Assembly (NCBI GenBank): GCA_951406725.2
Contig: OX597814.1
Span: 220,720,001 to 220,784,000, forward strand
Direction of reading: 5' to 3'
Length of the DNA stretch: 64,000 bases
Origin: Octopus vulgaris
Lineage: Eukaryota
Position 1 is the first letter of the stretch; each line of letters starts with the position of its first letter. Position numbers and translations under genes: made by a program. The notes beneath the pieces are model-generated. The model did not search any database and was not told where the DNA came from. It was given only the letters and a program-made list of their open reading frames with translations. Below, piece after piece: positions 42,555 through 55,060 of the stretch.

Positions 42555-43150
42555 AATAATACCTCAGTTAACGCTTGCTACCCCGCTTAGCGCTAATTAA
42601 CTAGAGCATCCTTTTTTCTTGATATTAACATTTATAGTAGGACAACACCACTACGTTATTGTAACAATTGTATCCTAACATATAAGAAACTATAGCTCAC
42701 ACTAATGCATACTCCCACACGCACACAATCTGTTCACGCACGTTTTTTCTCTTATCATGTCTATAGACATGAGTTAAAAGCTTCTTGAAAGCTTTTAAAC
42801 GATCGTTAAGCTTCTGCAAAGGTCTTTTAGAGAGAGTTCAGGAGCATTCAGTTTTTGCAGATGTTAGTCAAATGTTGATGAACTGAAACCATGCCGTAAT
42901 CTTCACAGTATTTGTATGCTAGTGCAAGTACAGGTACCCAGGTAACTAAGTGATACCTCTGAATTCTGAAAAGTATTATCGAGTGTAGCAGCTACCCGTC
43001 TTCAGATAGCATTTAATGTAGATGAAAGAGGCTTTTTTTCCTGAGCAAAATGACATCTTGCACGTTCAGCTCCTGAAAACCTCATGACAGTCCGTGATTA
43101 GAGGAATGCCAAAAATCTCTAACCTTCTCTTTTCAACACCGCCCTAAGCG
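42555..43150 (+). mobile_element. Possible pogo/Tigger transposon remnant
   Basis: FNVDERG(F)F near 43010-43040 resembles the FN.DETGLF motif. Confidence 0.35.
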
Positions 43151-43819
43151 ATACTTTATTTGTACAGTTATTTCATCAGCAATACACAATGTTACCATGA
43201 AGTTTAAATGTCACATAAGGCTGGAAAACACCTCGACAAATATCAAGTTCATACCAGAAATTACGATATGACATTTTTCTTTTATCTCAGCTAGTCCTGC
43301 TCCATTCAGCAGCATGCCAGGGTAGCGCGAGAGCAACACCTTAATGGGGGTCAGCATTTTTGAGTCTGCTGCATAAGCCTGTCCTGAATATTAATTTAAA
43401 CTGCATTCGGCAATGGGGTCCTCGCTTGGGAATTCCAAGATTCTAAGATATGTGTAACTACTTCTTAGCCACTATTGTTTCCAGGTCTACTCTGACTCGA
43501 AGTAGTAGCACCCATCAGGGCTCTAACCATGTAGATAGAGGTCAGTCAGCTGCGAATATGGGAATAGCCAGCCACGCATCAACTCACAAGTGGCTCCTTG
43601 GCAAGGGTTAGCACAGGTAACGACACGAACCAGAGTTATATAAAAATCATCGGATGTAACATGGTAGATGTGAACTATTTCGGCAGATGAACATAATGAG
43701 TCAATGGCAAAATATCATTAGATGCTAAGCGGATAAACGGTCAAGAGACTGTCAAAGGCCAAGAACAACCTGTTTAATTAACGAACTCCTACTATTTCTT
43801 CATTTTCTCTTTTTTTTTC

Positions 43820-44222
43820 TTCTTTTACTTGTTACGGTCACTAGACTGCAGTCATGCTGACGGGTACTGAATTTAGAATTTTAGTCGAACGAAGCGTCCC
43901 AGGAACTTATATTTCAAAGTCTAGTACTTATTCTATAGGTCTCTTTTGCGGAACCGCTAGGTCGCGGGGACGTAAACACACCAAAATCGGTTGTTAAACT
44001 GTTGGAACAATCACCTCCACACATATAGGCATGCGCGCAAGCATGCACACACACACACATACGACGAGTTTCTTTTCAGTTTCTGTCTACCACATTCACT
44101 CACTTTGGTCGCCCACAGGCTTTAAAAGAAGACAAATTGCCCAAGGTGTCACGCAGTGGGATTGAACTCAGAACTATGTGGCTGGAAAGCAAACTTCTAA
44201 ATGTATAGTCACGCCTGCACCT
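43820..44222 (-). mobile_element. SINE family B, diverged
   Basis: Homologous tail, body and head in reverse orientation. Confidence 0.75.
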
Positions 44223-44768
44223 ATGATCTCTAGTTGTGGTATGCAGAGTTGAGATATTCCGCTATCGAACTATGGCAAGTCATCAAACTGGATGTATAGG
44301 CGTGGGAGTCCCGGGGATGGCAACTCGAGGACTGCCAAGTGGCACACATTCTGGCTACGCTACTGGTTCCATTTCAACATGATATCGAAACAAATGAAGG
44401 CAGAAAACGTTGCCATACTCTTCAAACGGTCTCTGACAAATACTTCCAGGAAATACCAGACAACACTGTGCAACGAAATTTTTATCATATTTTTGTCTTT
44501 GGTCAGTAAGGGTTATTTCCTATTTGCTTCTGTCTAGGAATCAAAAAAAAATGACCATTATTCTCTTCAAACTTTGCTTTCGTGACCTGAACATCAATGT
44601 TTTGAAACTGACCTATTTGCCATTGCATTTGAGACAGATTCAGTGCTGAGTTGCTGAACCAGAAATATTGTTATAGCAAATATTCTGTTCAATACCACAT
44701 ATTTGCTTGTCAGTTGCTTGGCCTTAACCACTTGAGCATGTCCATTAGTAGCTGGCAATATTTTTTTT

Positions 44769-45152
44769 TGGAAGCACTCCGTCGGTTACGACGATGAGGA
44801 TTCCGGTTGATCCGAATCAACGGAACAGCCTGCTCGTGAAATTAACGTGTAAGTGACTGAGCACTCCACAGACACGTGTACCCTTAACGTAGTTCTCGGG
44901 GATATTCAGCGTGACACAGAGAGTGACAAGGCCGGCCCCTTGAAATACAGGTACAACAGAAATAGGAAGTAAGAATGAGAGAAAGTTGTGGTAAAAGAGT
45001 ACAGCAGGGATCACCACCATTCCCTGCCGGAGCCTCGTGGAGCTTTTAGGTGTTTTCGCTCAATAAACACTCACAACGCCCGGTCTGGGAATCGAAACCG
45101 CGATCCTATGACCGCGAGTCCGCTGCCCTAACCACTGGGCCATTGCGCCTCC
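44769..45152 (-). mobile_element. SINE family A (tRNA-Arg-like), full length, 12-bp TSD
   Basis: Head GGAGGCGCAATGGCCCAGTGGTTAGGGCAGCGGACTCGCGGTC..GGTTTCGATTCC. TSD AGCTGGCAATAT at 44750-44761 and 45153-45164. Confidence 0.92.
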
Positions 45153-45546
45153 AGCTGGCAATATATGCAACTCTGATCATGAGTGAGGGTAGTTGGGGGA
45201 GCACCATAGCCATGCGTTGAGATAGATTCCTTGGTGTTTGAATAAATATAAAAGCAAAGTTTAAAAGAAATATTAGCCATTTTTCATGCATTCTAAGGGT
45301 AAGCAAATAGGAAATGACAGTTGCTGCCCAAAGACAAAGATCGTGTTACAGTGCAATCTACCTGCCTCAAAAGGAATACATTTTGGTCAACAATAACGTC
45401 CTAATTGAGTTCCCAAATAAGACCCCACCAAGGTATGCTATTAAATTTGACACGTCTTCAGCTAATACTTATCGAAAACGAAGTTTTCTTAATTCAAATT
45501 TTATGTATACATCTGCTTACCGTGCAAGCAGGTTATTATGATAAGT

Positions 45547-45930
45547 GGAGGCGCAATGGCCCAGTGGTTAGGGCAGCGGACTCGCGGTCGTAGGATCGCG
45601 GTTTCGATTCCCAGACCGGGCGTTGTGAGTGCTTATTGAGCGAAAACCCCCAAAAGCTCCACGAGGCTCCGGCAGGGGATGGTGGTGATTCCTGCTGTAC
45701 TCTTTCACCACAACTTTCTCTCACTCTTACTTCCTGTTTCTCTTGTACCTGTATTTCAAAGGGCCGGCCTTGTCACTCTCTGTGTCACGCTGAATATCCC
45801 CGAGAACTACGTTAAGGGTGCACGTATCTGTGGAGTCCTCGGCCACTTACACGTTAATTTCACGAGCAGGCTGTTCCGTTGATCGGATCAACCGGAACCC
45901 TCGTCGTCGTAACCGACGGAGTGCTTCCAC
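45547..45930 (+). mobile_element. SINE family A, full length
   Basis: Same sequence on the plus strand, flanked by the direct repeat TTATGATAA. Confidence 0.92.
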
Positions 45931-46059
45931 TTTTATGATAAATGATAATGCTTCTATACGGTTATCGATATCACAATTAATGGGTCCAAAATTATTTAAA
46001 ACCTGTTGACAGCTGGCTATTGTTACTGAAAAGAATTTGTACCAAAGAAATCAATATAT

Positions 46060-46207
46060 ATTTATTTATTGCCCACAAGGGGCTAAACATAGAGGGGACA
46101 AACAAGGACAAACAAAGGGATTAAGTCGATTACATCGACCCCAGTGTGAAACTGGTACTTTATTTTTCGACCCCGAAAGGATGAAAGGCAAAGTCGACCT
46201 CGGCGAT
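46060..46207 (-). mobile_element. SINE family C, 5'-truncated
   Basis: CCCACAAGGGGCTAAACA..ATCGACCCCAGTG..GGATGAAAGGCAAAGTCGACCTCGGCG. Confidence 0.8.
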
Positions 46208-46397
46208 CAATATAAATGGTTTCGACTGTACGTACTCATGCGCGCGCATGTATTAGGCGACAAATCTGAAGCGATTTCCGGTCGACGCTTCTGCGTTTGT
46301 AGTGTGTTTTACATTTTTTTCTTTTGAATTTCTTGACCCTCTGACCCATATTCATATATATATATATATATATAATGTATGTATCTTATATTTTTTT

Positions 46398-46830
46398 AAT
46401 CTCTTTCGTGTTTCAGTCATCAGACTGCAGTCATGGTGGGTCACCGCCTTGAAGAATTTTTAGTTAAATCTATCGACTCCTGTACTTATTTTTTAAAGGC
46501 CTGGTACTTATAGTATCCGTCGCTTTTGCCGATCCTTTAAGTTAAGGAGACGTAAACATACTAGCATCGGTTGTCAAGTGGTGGTGGTGGTGGGGCAAAC
46601 ACAGAAACAAAGACACACACACACGCACGCACAAACACATACACACACACACACAGCACACTCACACAGTTACATACGATAGGTTTCTTTCAGTTTCCGT
46701 CTACCAAATCCACTCACAAGGCTTTAGTCGACCCTAGGCTATAGTAGAAGACACATGCCTAAGGTGCCATGCCGTGGGAGTGAAACCTGAACCATGTGGT
46801 TAGGAATGAAGCCTGCTACCATACAGCCAC
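46398..46830 (-). mobile_element. SINE family B
   Basis: Homologous to the other family B copies. Confidence 0.8.
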
Positions 46831-46911
46831 AATATATATATATATATATAACTAGGTAAATAAAATCTTCGAACAGACGGTCAGTAGCGACACCTGCTGG
46901 TTCTGACTACG

Positions 46912-46952
46912 CTGCATTGATAAAGGGTAACAACCCTGAAACATGTCTGCAG
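46912..46952 (+). ncRNA. Degenerate minimal HHR in a TA-flanked element (46852-47180)
   Basis: CTGCA TTGATAA AGGG TAACAA CCCT GAAA CATG TC^ TGCAG. All stems pair perfectly; there are two core transitions. Confidence 0.65.
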
Positions 46953-47176
46953 ATGTCTGACTAGCAAGGTGAAGCGGCTGACCTCCCCTGTTCGAAGGTT
47001 GTAATGGACGCAGGTTCGTGTGTCATATAGCTAGCTAGAGGCGATGGCCTGTTGGAGCTAATCAGCGACAGCTTTAGTCTTATATTTAGACTGCCATATT
47101 AGTATGGCGATAACTATTAATATCCAGTAACGCTGCCGTAATCTCCTTTAGAGAGACTTAGTAATTTTAATATTTC

Positions 47177-47221
<45 letters not shown>

Positions 47222-47285
47222 TCCCGGGTTGATTCGGGGTTAACCACAGTAAGTAAGGTACTCAATACATAGCAGAGTAAAATTA

Positions 47286-47404
47286 ATTTATTATATAGAA
47301 GGAGCTTCTACAGGACTAGTACTGTTTCATTCAAGAGAAATCTTCTTCCTGAAGATTTCTCTTGAATGAAACAGTACTAGTCCTGTAGAAGCTCCTTCTA
47401 TATA

Positions 47405-47410
<6 letters not shown>
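47286..47410. repeat. Perfect 60-bp inverted repeat with a 5-nt spacer
   Basis: 47286-47345 is the exact reverse complement of 47351-47410. Confidence 0.95.
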
Positions 47411-47450
<40 letters not shown>

Positions 47451-47452
<2 letters not shown>

Positions 47453-47949
47453 CAAATTAAATATGAGAAATCGGGCAGGTTCGACAATTCAAAAACATTA
47501 CGATATAAACCGAGCCAAAAGGAGTAATTATAATATATTTAATGAGTCTCTCATTTACCCTGAAAAAAACGGGGAGAGCCAATGTTTAATCGATGAATTA
47601 TTTTTTCATACACTCCTTGTAATCTTTTTAAACACTGATTGTTAACCAACGTTTATTAGTAAATAGGATTATATCTTTCAATATGTTTATATATATTTCT
47701 CCTATATTTTTTATAGATTTTCATCATTTATTGAACATATATGTCCATTGTATTTTTATTATTTTTGGTGTGTCTGTAATTTTGAAAATTTTGGTATTGT
47801 TTTGATATTGAATATTTTTAGTATTGTTTCCGTATTGAACTTTTTAATGAGAGACGTATTAGATATATCGTAATTACTCCTTTTGGCTCGGTTTATATTG
47901 TAATGTTTTGAATTGTCGAACATGTCTGATTTCTCATCTTTGATTTGAA
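47451..47949. repeat. Element with ~105-bp imperfect terminal inverted repeats
   Basis: TTCAAATTAAATATGAGAAATC...CTCTCATT vs AATGAGAG...GATTTCTCATCTTTGATTTGAA. Confidence 0.8.
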
Positions 47950-48138
47950 AAAATATTTATACCTAATGTCTCAGGTTCAATACTTGAGCACTTCCCAACA
48001 CTGTCTGTAATATGTATATATATATGAACACCGACGGAGTGCTTCCCCCCCCCCCCATATATATATATATATATATATATATGTGTATGTATGTATGTAT
48101 GTATGTATGTATGTATGTATGATGTATGTATGTATGTA

Positions 48139-48201
<63 letters not shown>

Positions 48202-48203
<2 letters not shown>

Positions 48204-50000
48204 CCCAACTCGAAACTTACATTGGGATTTAGGATATATGCTGTTTTTTACATGCTTATTGATGCAGTTAAGGATTACCCTTGCAAGAATTTTTCCACCC
48301 ATGCACAACATACTTATTCCCTGTGACTATCACATACACTCTTCTTCCCCTTGTTTTTGTACAAGGGATTTATAGATGCATTTTTGAACTGTTGGGAGAA
48401 TAGATCCAGTTTCGCAGATCAAACAGATCAATTTGCGTAGCTTTCTTACTAGTTGTCTGCCACCATATTTGCACACCGCCATGACAGTACCTTCTTGTTC
48501 TGAAGCTTTACCATTGGAAAGATTTTTAATAGCAGTACTTATCTCTCTCAAGAACGGATCTTCCACAAGTTCCTCAATTATAGACCGCTGAAAATATCAT
48601 TGCTTACCTCAGGATCGGCAGCCTGTTCCAATTCTTGGGCTCTTTTTGCCCATGAAGTATTTTTCATCTCATGCAGTTTTTCTGTGTAGTTGGCATGATT
48701 TTTGCCCTCTAACAAGTTCAAAAGAAAGCTCGTGAACAAAATACTGACCTGTACATGGTCTTTGTCGATTTGACCGAGGCCCTTGATACATTGAATCATG
48801 AGACGTTCTGGAAAACCTTGACAAAAGTTGGCCTTCCTGGTAAAATAATAAGGATGATAGTATCCCTGCATAAAAGAATAATGGCAACAGTGATATCTAA
48901 TTGTCAATGTTCAGAGGCATTTTCTGTTGCCACTGCAACCAAACAAGGCTGTGTTTTAGCCCCTGTACTTTTTACCATTTTCTTTCAACGATGCTATCAA
49001 GGATTACCATGAAGGCAACGTTTCAGATCAAAGAAAAAGACCAAGGAAGAGATTCTATGTGGCTTTCTGTTTGCTGATGGTTGTGCTTTGATTTCTCATA
49101 TATTTGAGGGAATTCAGAAAACGGTCAACAGGTTTGCTGCTGCAGCTCGTGTACTTGGACTGACTATCAGCATCAAGAAGACTGAAGTTTTAACCCCAAC
49201 CAAAGCTTGGGGCAGAATATAGTCAAGATTCAAACTTGATGATAGACAACAAGTCACTCAAATGGTCAGGTCATTTAAATATCTTGGAAGTACGGTAGAC
49301 TCTTGATGACGAAATCAACATTAGAGTATCTAAGGCTCCAAATACTTAAAAAAAAACATGAACACGGTATCAGTTTGAAAGGTAAAATAAGTATATACAA
49401 ATCCTGTATTCTGAGCACACTTTTGTATGGAATGCGACGGAAGCATAGTCTCCCTACCATAAATATATAAAGAAACTCTCTGCGCAATATCTACACCATA
49501 TAATGGGAAGGTAAGGTATCAAACGTCAAAATCTTAGAAAAATGCGATACCTCCAGTATCCAAAACATGTTGCTGAGAATTCTATGCAGCTGGGTTGGAC
49601 ATGTTCAAATGAAAGACAATCGCATTCCAAAAATTCTTTTGTATCACCAACAAGTGGAGGGATATTGTGGTAGAGGAAGACCTGTCTATAAGTATAAGGA
49701 TAAGTTTAAGCAAAATCTAAAGTCTTTACAGCTTAACTTGACATCCTGAGAAAGTCATTGCTTAGATCGATCTGCAGGCGTAAAATGTGTCATGATGCAT
49801 CAAAGCAATTTGAGTCTAAGAAACATAACAACTATATCCTGCTATCAACAAACACATTTGCCTAATCCCAGGGAAAGTCAAAATTACCAATGTCCCAATA
49901 GCACCTTCATAGTAAAATCCATACCCGGAATAAAATTACATTTCCACGCATCCATCGCAAATAAATGCAGCTTCTTATGTTCTCAACATGCTCTTGTCAC
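48202..50000 (+). mobile_element. RTE-clade LINE, degenerate, with an inverted 5' segment (48202-~48695 on the minus strand)
   Basis: Minus strand: AIKNLSNGKA..GKILARVILN..PKSQCKFRVG. Plus strand: MIFAL.Q.Q...FVDLTEALDTLN..KQGCVLAPVLF..LFADGCAL..FKYLGS..WVGHV.MKDNRIPK. Confidence 0.88.
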
Positions 50001-50294
50001 CAAAGAATGTATATATATATGTATTGTAGTACTCGGTGTCAACTCTGTGCGTGTTTGAATATACAGATACAATACCAATACCAATATCCCTCTGAACTTT
50101 TTAATAATTCCTTCTGGAATCTATCTTAAGCATGTTCTTGAGAATGATTATTTATGTAATCTTTTGTGCCCAATATTTTAAGGAGCTTGTTAAACTTTTT
50201 TATGTCCTTAACATGTCCTTGTTACCAAAGACTGTATATATGTAATGTAGCAATTTGTAACAACCAATAATTAACGCAACCAAACTTCTACATG

Positions 50295-50339
50295 TTATTT
50301 TTGACAATCTTTTTCCAAAGAGTGAAACCGGTAAAGTAA
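50295..50339 (+). ncRNA. Degenerate minimal HHR
   Basis: TTATTT TTGACAA TCTTT TTCC AAAGA GT GAAA CCGG TA^ AAGTAA. Confidence 0.5.
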
Positions 50340-50421
50340 ATAAACATATTTTAAAATTGCATTTTCAAACCTTCTTTCGTACATAATTCCACTCGTGCAG
50401 TACCCTACAACTCCACTTTGT

Positions 50422-50521
<100 letters not shown>

Positions 50522-50649
50522 CACATATATATATATACATATATATATATATGAAGTAGATTTTGGGAAGCATTATGAGGTATAACTTTAAAAGAATATA
50601 GTTACTTTGTACCGTCTCCCATTGTTTCGGCTTTATATACATATATGTA

Positions 50650-50697
<48 letters not shown>

Positions 50698-51516
50698 GAG
50701 AGAGAGAGAGGGGGAGATGGAGAGAAGGGAGGATGGAGAGAAAGAGAGAGAGAGAGAGAGGGAGAAAGAAGAGAAAGGGAAGCAAAAATGGAAACTGAAA
50801 TAGGGAAATTAGTGAAATAAGAGAAAACGTAAAAGAGAGAGAGAAAGTAAGAGAGAGAGAGAGAGGGGGATGAAGGGAAAGGTCAAATAACAGGCACAAT
50901 TGAAATGTTTAAGATAATGTAACGATATCAAGAACAAATAAAAAATTATGCATTAAAAGATATATATATATAGATATTTAAATTAAAGTGAAATAACCTT
51001 AGCAAATAGCTGTGAATGTTACACTTTTATCTTTAAATGGCAGGATTTCAAAAGAATTTTTTGGAAATTCTTTAGTTGTGTTTAAAATATTAACATAATG
51101 TTTATAGATATGCTGAATTACACCATAGAATTTCCATGGGTCCGCTAGTATAAATACATGATGTGTCTGTTTTATGTATAGATCTACCAACAACGACATT
51201 ACAGGTCGTGACTTGGGATTTTTTTGCTCTGATGCACACTCTACAACCTTTATCTATTCTATCTCCTGTCGTTGCTCACACGTGACCAACGGCTATCTGT
51301 CTCTCTTTCCTCCACTTCCTTCCTAAAGACAAGACGCGCTTTTGCCTGTCTCTTCTCAAAGCTCGTTTTCCCACCGCTCGCCACTTCACCTCATTATGGC
51401 TTAACAGCCCTTACCTTTTGTTTTTAAAGTTTTGTTCTTACTGTCCTGTTTCTGTTACCACTCTAACCCTCCGCAAAAAAATCCCAAATTTTACTTAATT
51501 TGCTTTGCGGGAAGGA

Positions 51517-51592
51517 CTGTTTTAACGAAGTCGCGTCTTGTTTCTACCTTCGAAACGCAGAGTAGATAAAACAGGGGACAACTGATGAAAGG
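51517..51592 (+). ncRNA. Permuted hammerhead candidate from a second, sequence-unrelated family
   Basis: CTGTTTTA..[GCGT C^ TTGTTT] cta [CCTT c GAA ACGC]..TAAAACAG.[GGACAA CTGATGA AAGG]. A partial homolog is at 61405-61448. Confidence 0.65.
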
Positions 51593-51789
51593 AATGTTCT
51601 TTATGTTGCTTGTCTCGTTTCTCTATTTTTTCTCTCGTTTTCCATGCTTTTACTTTTTATGTTCTTGTTTCTCATTTTGTTCACATGTTTTGACGTCCTG
51701 TACCCATATATGCATGTATATATACATATATATGTAGGTATGTACATGTATGTGTATGTATATATATATATACATACATACATATATAC

Positions 51790-52110
51790 ATATGACCGTA
51801 ACCGTGACTGTGACTGTGACCGACCAGGCTATCAGATGTTGCTACACATCGCTGGTCACAATGCGCTTCGCATTGTTTTAGCCTTCAAATGACGCCACCC
51901 CACTGGCTAAGCGGGCAGGCCAACAGAAGAAAGAGTGAATAAAGTTGTGGCGAAAGAGTACAGCAGGGATCGCCCCCCCCCCCCACGGAGCCTCGTGGAG
52001 CTTTAGGTGTTTTCGCTCAATAAACACTCACAACGCCCGATCTGGGAATCGAAACCGCGATCCTACGACCGCGAGTCCGCTGCCCTAACCACTGGGCCAT
52101 TGCGTCTCCA
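51790..52110 (-). mobile_element. SINE with a family A head and a different 3' body
   Basis: 52110-51935 matches family A. 51935-51790 is unrelated and ends in a (GGTCAC/AGTCAC)n tail. Confidence 0.85.
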
Positions 52111-52111
52111 C

Positions 52112-52164
<53 letters not shown>

Positions 52165-52180
52165 TACACACATAAATACA

Positions 52181-52216
<36 letters not shown>

Positions 52217-52236
52217 TATATATTTCACTTTTCAAT

Positions 52237-52304
52237 GCTGCACTGAAGAGGTGAAATAAGTAAGTTAATATAACTTTACTTTAATCCCGAAACGCGTATG
52301 TAGC
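52237..52304 (+). ncRNA. Type I hammerhead ribozyme, intact core
   Basis: GCTGCA CTGAAGA GG..AAGTAAGTTA ATA TAACTTTACTT..CCC GAAA CGCG TA^ TGTAGC. Stem I is 6 bp and stem III is palindromic (ACGCGT). Confidence 0.78.
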
Positions 52305-52700
52305 TAGTTTGAGTCATGTGGATTCGTTATATTTTCTCTTTGCCTACGTATAAAAGTGTGTTACTCTCTGGGAGATCTTTATTGTAGCAGAAAAGGAATT
52401 TCAGCTCCTATTTCTAAATGCGGTGTGTTGTGAAGCAATTAGCTGACTCCTAATTATAATTATGTTTATAATTATAGAATATTTGTATAATTTTACCTAA
52501 AATGGTTATTTTAACGTAACGATCTATATGGGAAAATTATTAATTATTAATTAATTAACTAATTAATATAGCCTTTTAGTAATATATATATATGTTTGAA
52601 AAGATTTGTAGAGGTAACACACGAGTAAGTAGATATTTATGAAAACAAACGAAAATTCTTCTTTCTTAAAATTGGGTACAATTTAATTTTCCTTTTACAT

Positions 52701-52902
52701 ACTCTTTACTCTTTACTCTCTTTTACTCGTTTCAGTCATTTGACTGCGGCCATGCTGGAGTACCACCTTTAGTCGAGCAACTCGACCTCCAGGACTTATT
52801 TTATCGGTCTATTTTGCCGAACCTCTAAGTGACGGAGACGTAAACACACCAGCATCGGTTGTCAAGCAATGCTAGGGGGACAAACACAGACACAGACACA
52901 CA

Positions 52903-52941
<39 letters not shown>

Positions 52942-53130
52942 GTATATATATATATATATATATACATACATACAACGGGCTTCTTTCAGTTTCCGTCTAC
53001 CAAATCCACTCACAAGGCTTTGGTCGGCCTGAGGCTATAGTAGAAGACACTTGCCCAAGGTGCCACGCAGTGGGACTGAACCCGGAGCCATGTGGCTGGT
53101 ACACAAGCTACTTACCACACAGCCACTCCT
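52701..53130 (-). mobile_element. SINE family B, full length
   Basis: Tail (TACTCTTT)n through head CCACACAGCCACTCCT. Confidence 0.9.
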
Positions 53131-53185
53131 ATTTCAATTTAAAAAAAAAACTTATCAAAAATATGTACTAAAATGGTATATGTAA

Positions 53186-53416
53186 GGCGGCGAGCTGGCA
53201 GAAACATTAGCACGCCGGGCGAAATGCTTTGCGGTATTTCGTCTGGCGCTACGTTCTGAGTTCAAATTCCGCCATGGTCGACTTTGCCTTTCATCCTTTC
53301 GGGGTCGATAAAATAAGTACCAGTTACGCACTGGGGTCGATATAATCGACTTAATCCGTTTGTCTGTCCTTGTTTGTCCTCTCTGTGTTTAACCCCTTGT
53401 GGGCAATAAAGAAATA
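53186..53416 (+). mobile_element. SINE family C, full length, 11-bp TSD
   Basis: TSD GGTATATGTAA at 53175-53185 and 53417-53427. B-box-like GAGTTCAAATTCC. Confidence 0.9.
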
Positions 53417-53898
53417 GGTATATGTAAAGAGATAAGAACTATTAGAAAAATTAAATTAAAATTAAGATTAACATTCATAGTTTACTTTCCTTTTTCCTGC
53501 AAGAACACGTGATGATATCCTTTGGTTCTAGTGGCATGACAAGTTCCGCTGACTGTGACCTCAAATTACTATCTGTCTTTGTAAATTGAATAGCGTGGTC
53601 AAGACTTGTTTTCTTAGGAGTGGCTATAGCCGTCGAATAACTAGCTGCAGTAATAATAATAGTCGTGGTGGTGAAGTTGTTCTGCCTGTGGTTTTTAATA
53701 GAAATCAGGTTCTTCGATCCCTTGTCTTTATTTCTTATACACACACATATATACACACACTCCCCCGTATACACATATACACATATATATATACACATAG
53801 AGATACATACATACTCATATATATATATAGATATACATACACACACGCATATATATACATGCACACACATACACACATGCATGTACTTACACCAGCAT

Positions 53899-53977
<79 letters not shown>

Positions 53978-54360
53978 CACCATATACAAACGGATTTCCT
54001 GAAAGCAAAGTAAAACTAAACTTGTATAAGGAGTTGAAATCTGATCAACGAACCCCGAGTCGTCTACTCAAACATAAATTATTGGGAGCCCATTTCCTTA
54101 GCGAGGTGAGGGATATTTGAAAAGCAAACCTGGAGTAGACTACTTATTCGTTTAAGTACTGGGGAACGTGTAGAAACGGTTCGTTAAAAGAACAAATCGT
54201 ATAGCAAACAGTTTTCCTGAAGAAAATCGCACTCATCCAACCTGCTGACGAATAGAATACGCATGCGTATAAGTGGCTGCGAGTGCTTGTTCAAACGGTT
54301 CTTGAGCATTTCATATGGCTATGTAGAAAATAACATATCTCTTGCTTAAAACATAAATGT

Positions 54361-54743
54361 GGAAGCACTCCGTCGGTTGCGACGACGAGGGTTCCGGTTG
54401 ATCCGAATCAACGGAACAGCCTGCTCGTGAAATTAACGTGAAGGTGGCTGAGCACTCCACAGACACGTGTACCCTTAACGTAGTTCTCGGGGATATTCAG
54501 CGTGACACAGAGAGTGACAAGGCCGGCCCTTTGAAATACAGGTACAACAGAAAAAGGAAGTAAGAGTGAGAGAAAGTTGTGGTGAAAGAGTACAGCAGGG
54601 ATCACCACTATCCCCTGCCGGAGCCTCGTGGAGCTTTAGGTGTTTTACGCTCAATAAACACTCACAACGCCCGGTCTGGGAATCGAAACCGCGATCCTAT
54701 GATCGCTAGTCCACTGCCCTAACCACTGGGCCATTGCGCCTCC
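54361..54743 (-). mobile_element. SINE family A, full length, 12-bp TSD
   Basis: TSD TAAAACATAAAT at 54347-54358 and 54746-54757. Confidence 0.92.
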
Positions 54744-55060
54744 ACTAAAACATAAATAAGGATCGACAGTAGCAAGATGCACAGAAATACTCACTCACGA
54801 AGGCACTCACCCCCACACACATACGTACATATTAATACATATACGTATATACATATTGTATGCATTTGCTATTGATGCACGAATAAAACACCACTGTATG
54901 CTTTTATGTGGAGCTTGGGTGTGACCTGCAATGGGTTACACCTATTTAGATGCATTTCAAATTACTCATGTAACGAACAGTTTGGCTAACGACCACCACG
55001 TCTCCGGATGGGGTATGTTCGTATATTAAGACCCCATTGTGTATGTGTGTGTATACATAC

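Noticed and set aside
45547-45620. tRNA-Arg(TCG)-like sequence
   Set aside because: It is the head of a multi-copy SINE with TSDs, and no complete acceptor stem is evident.
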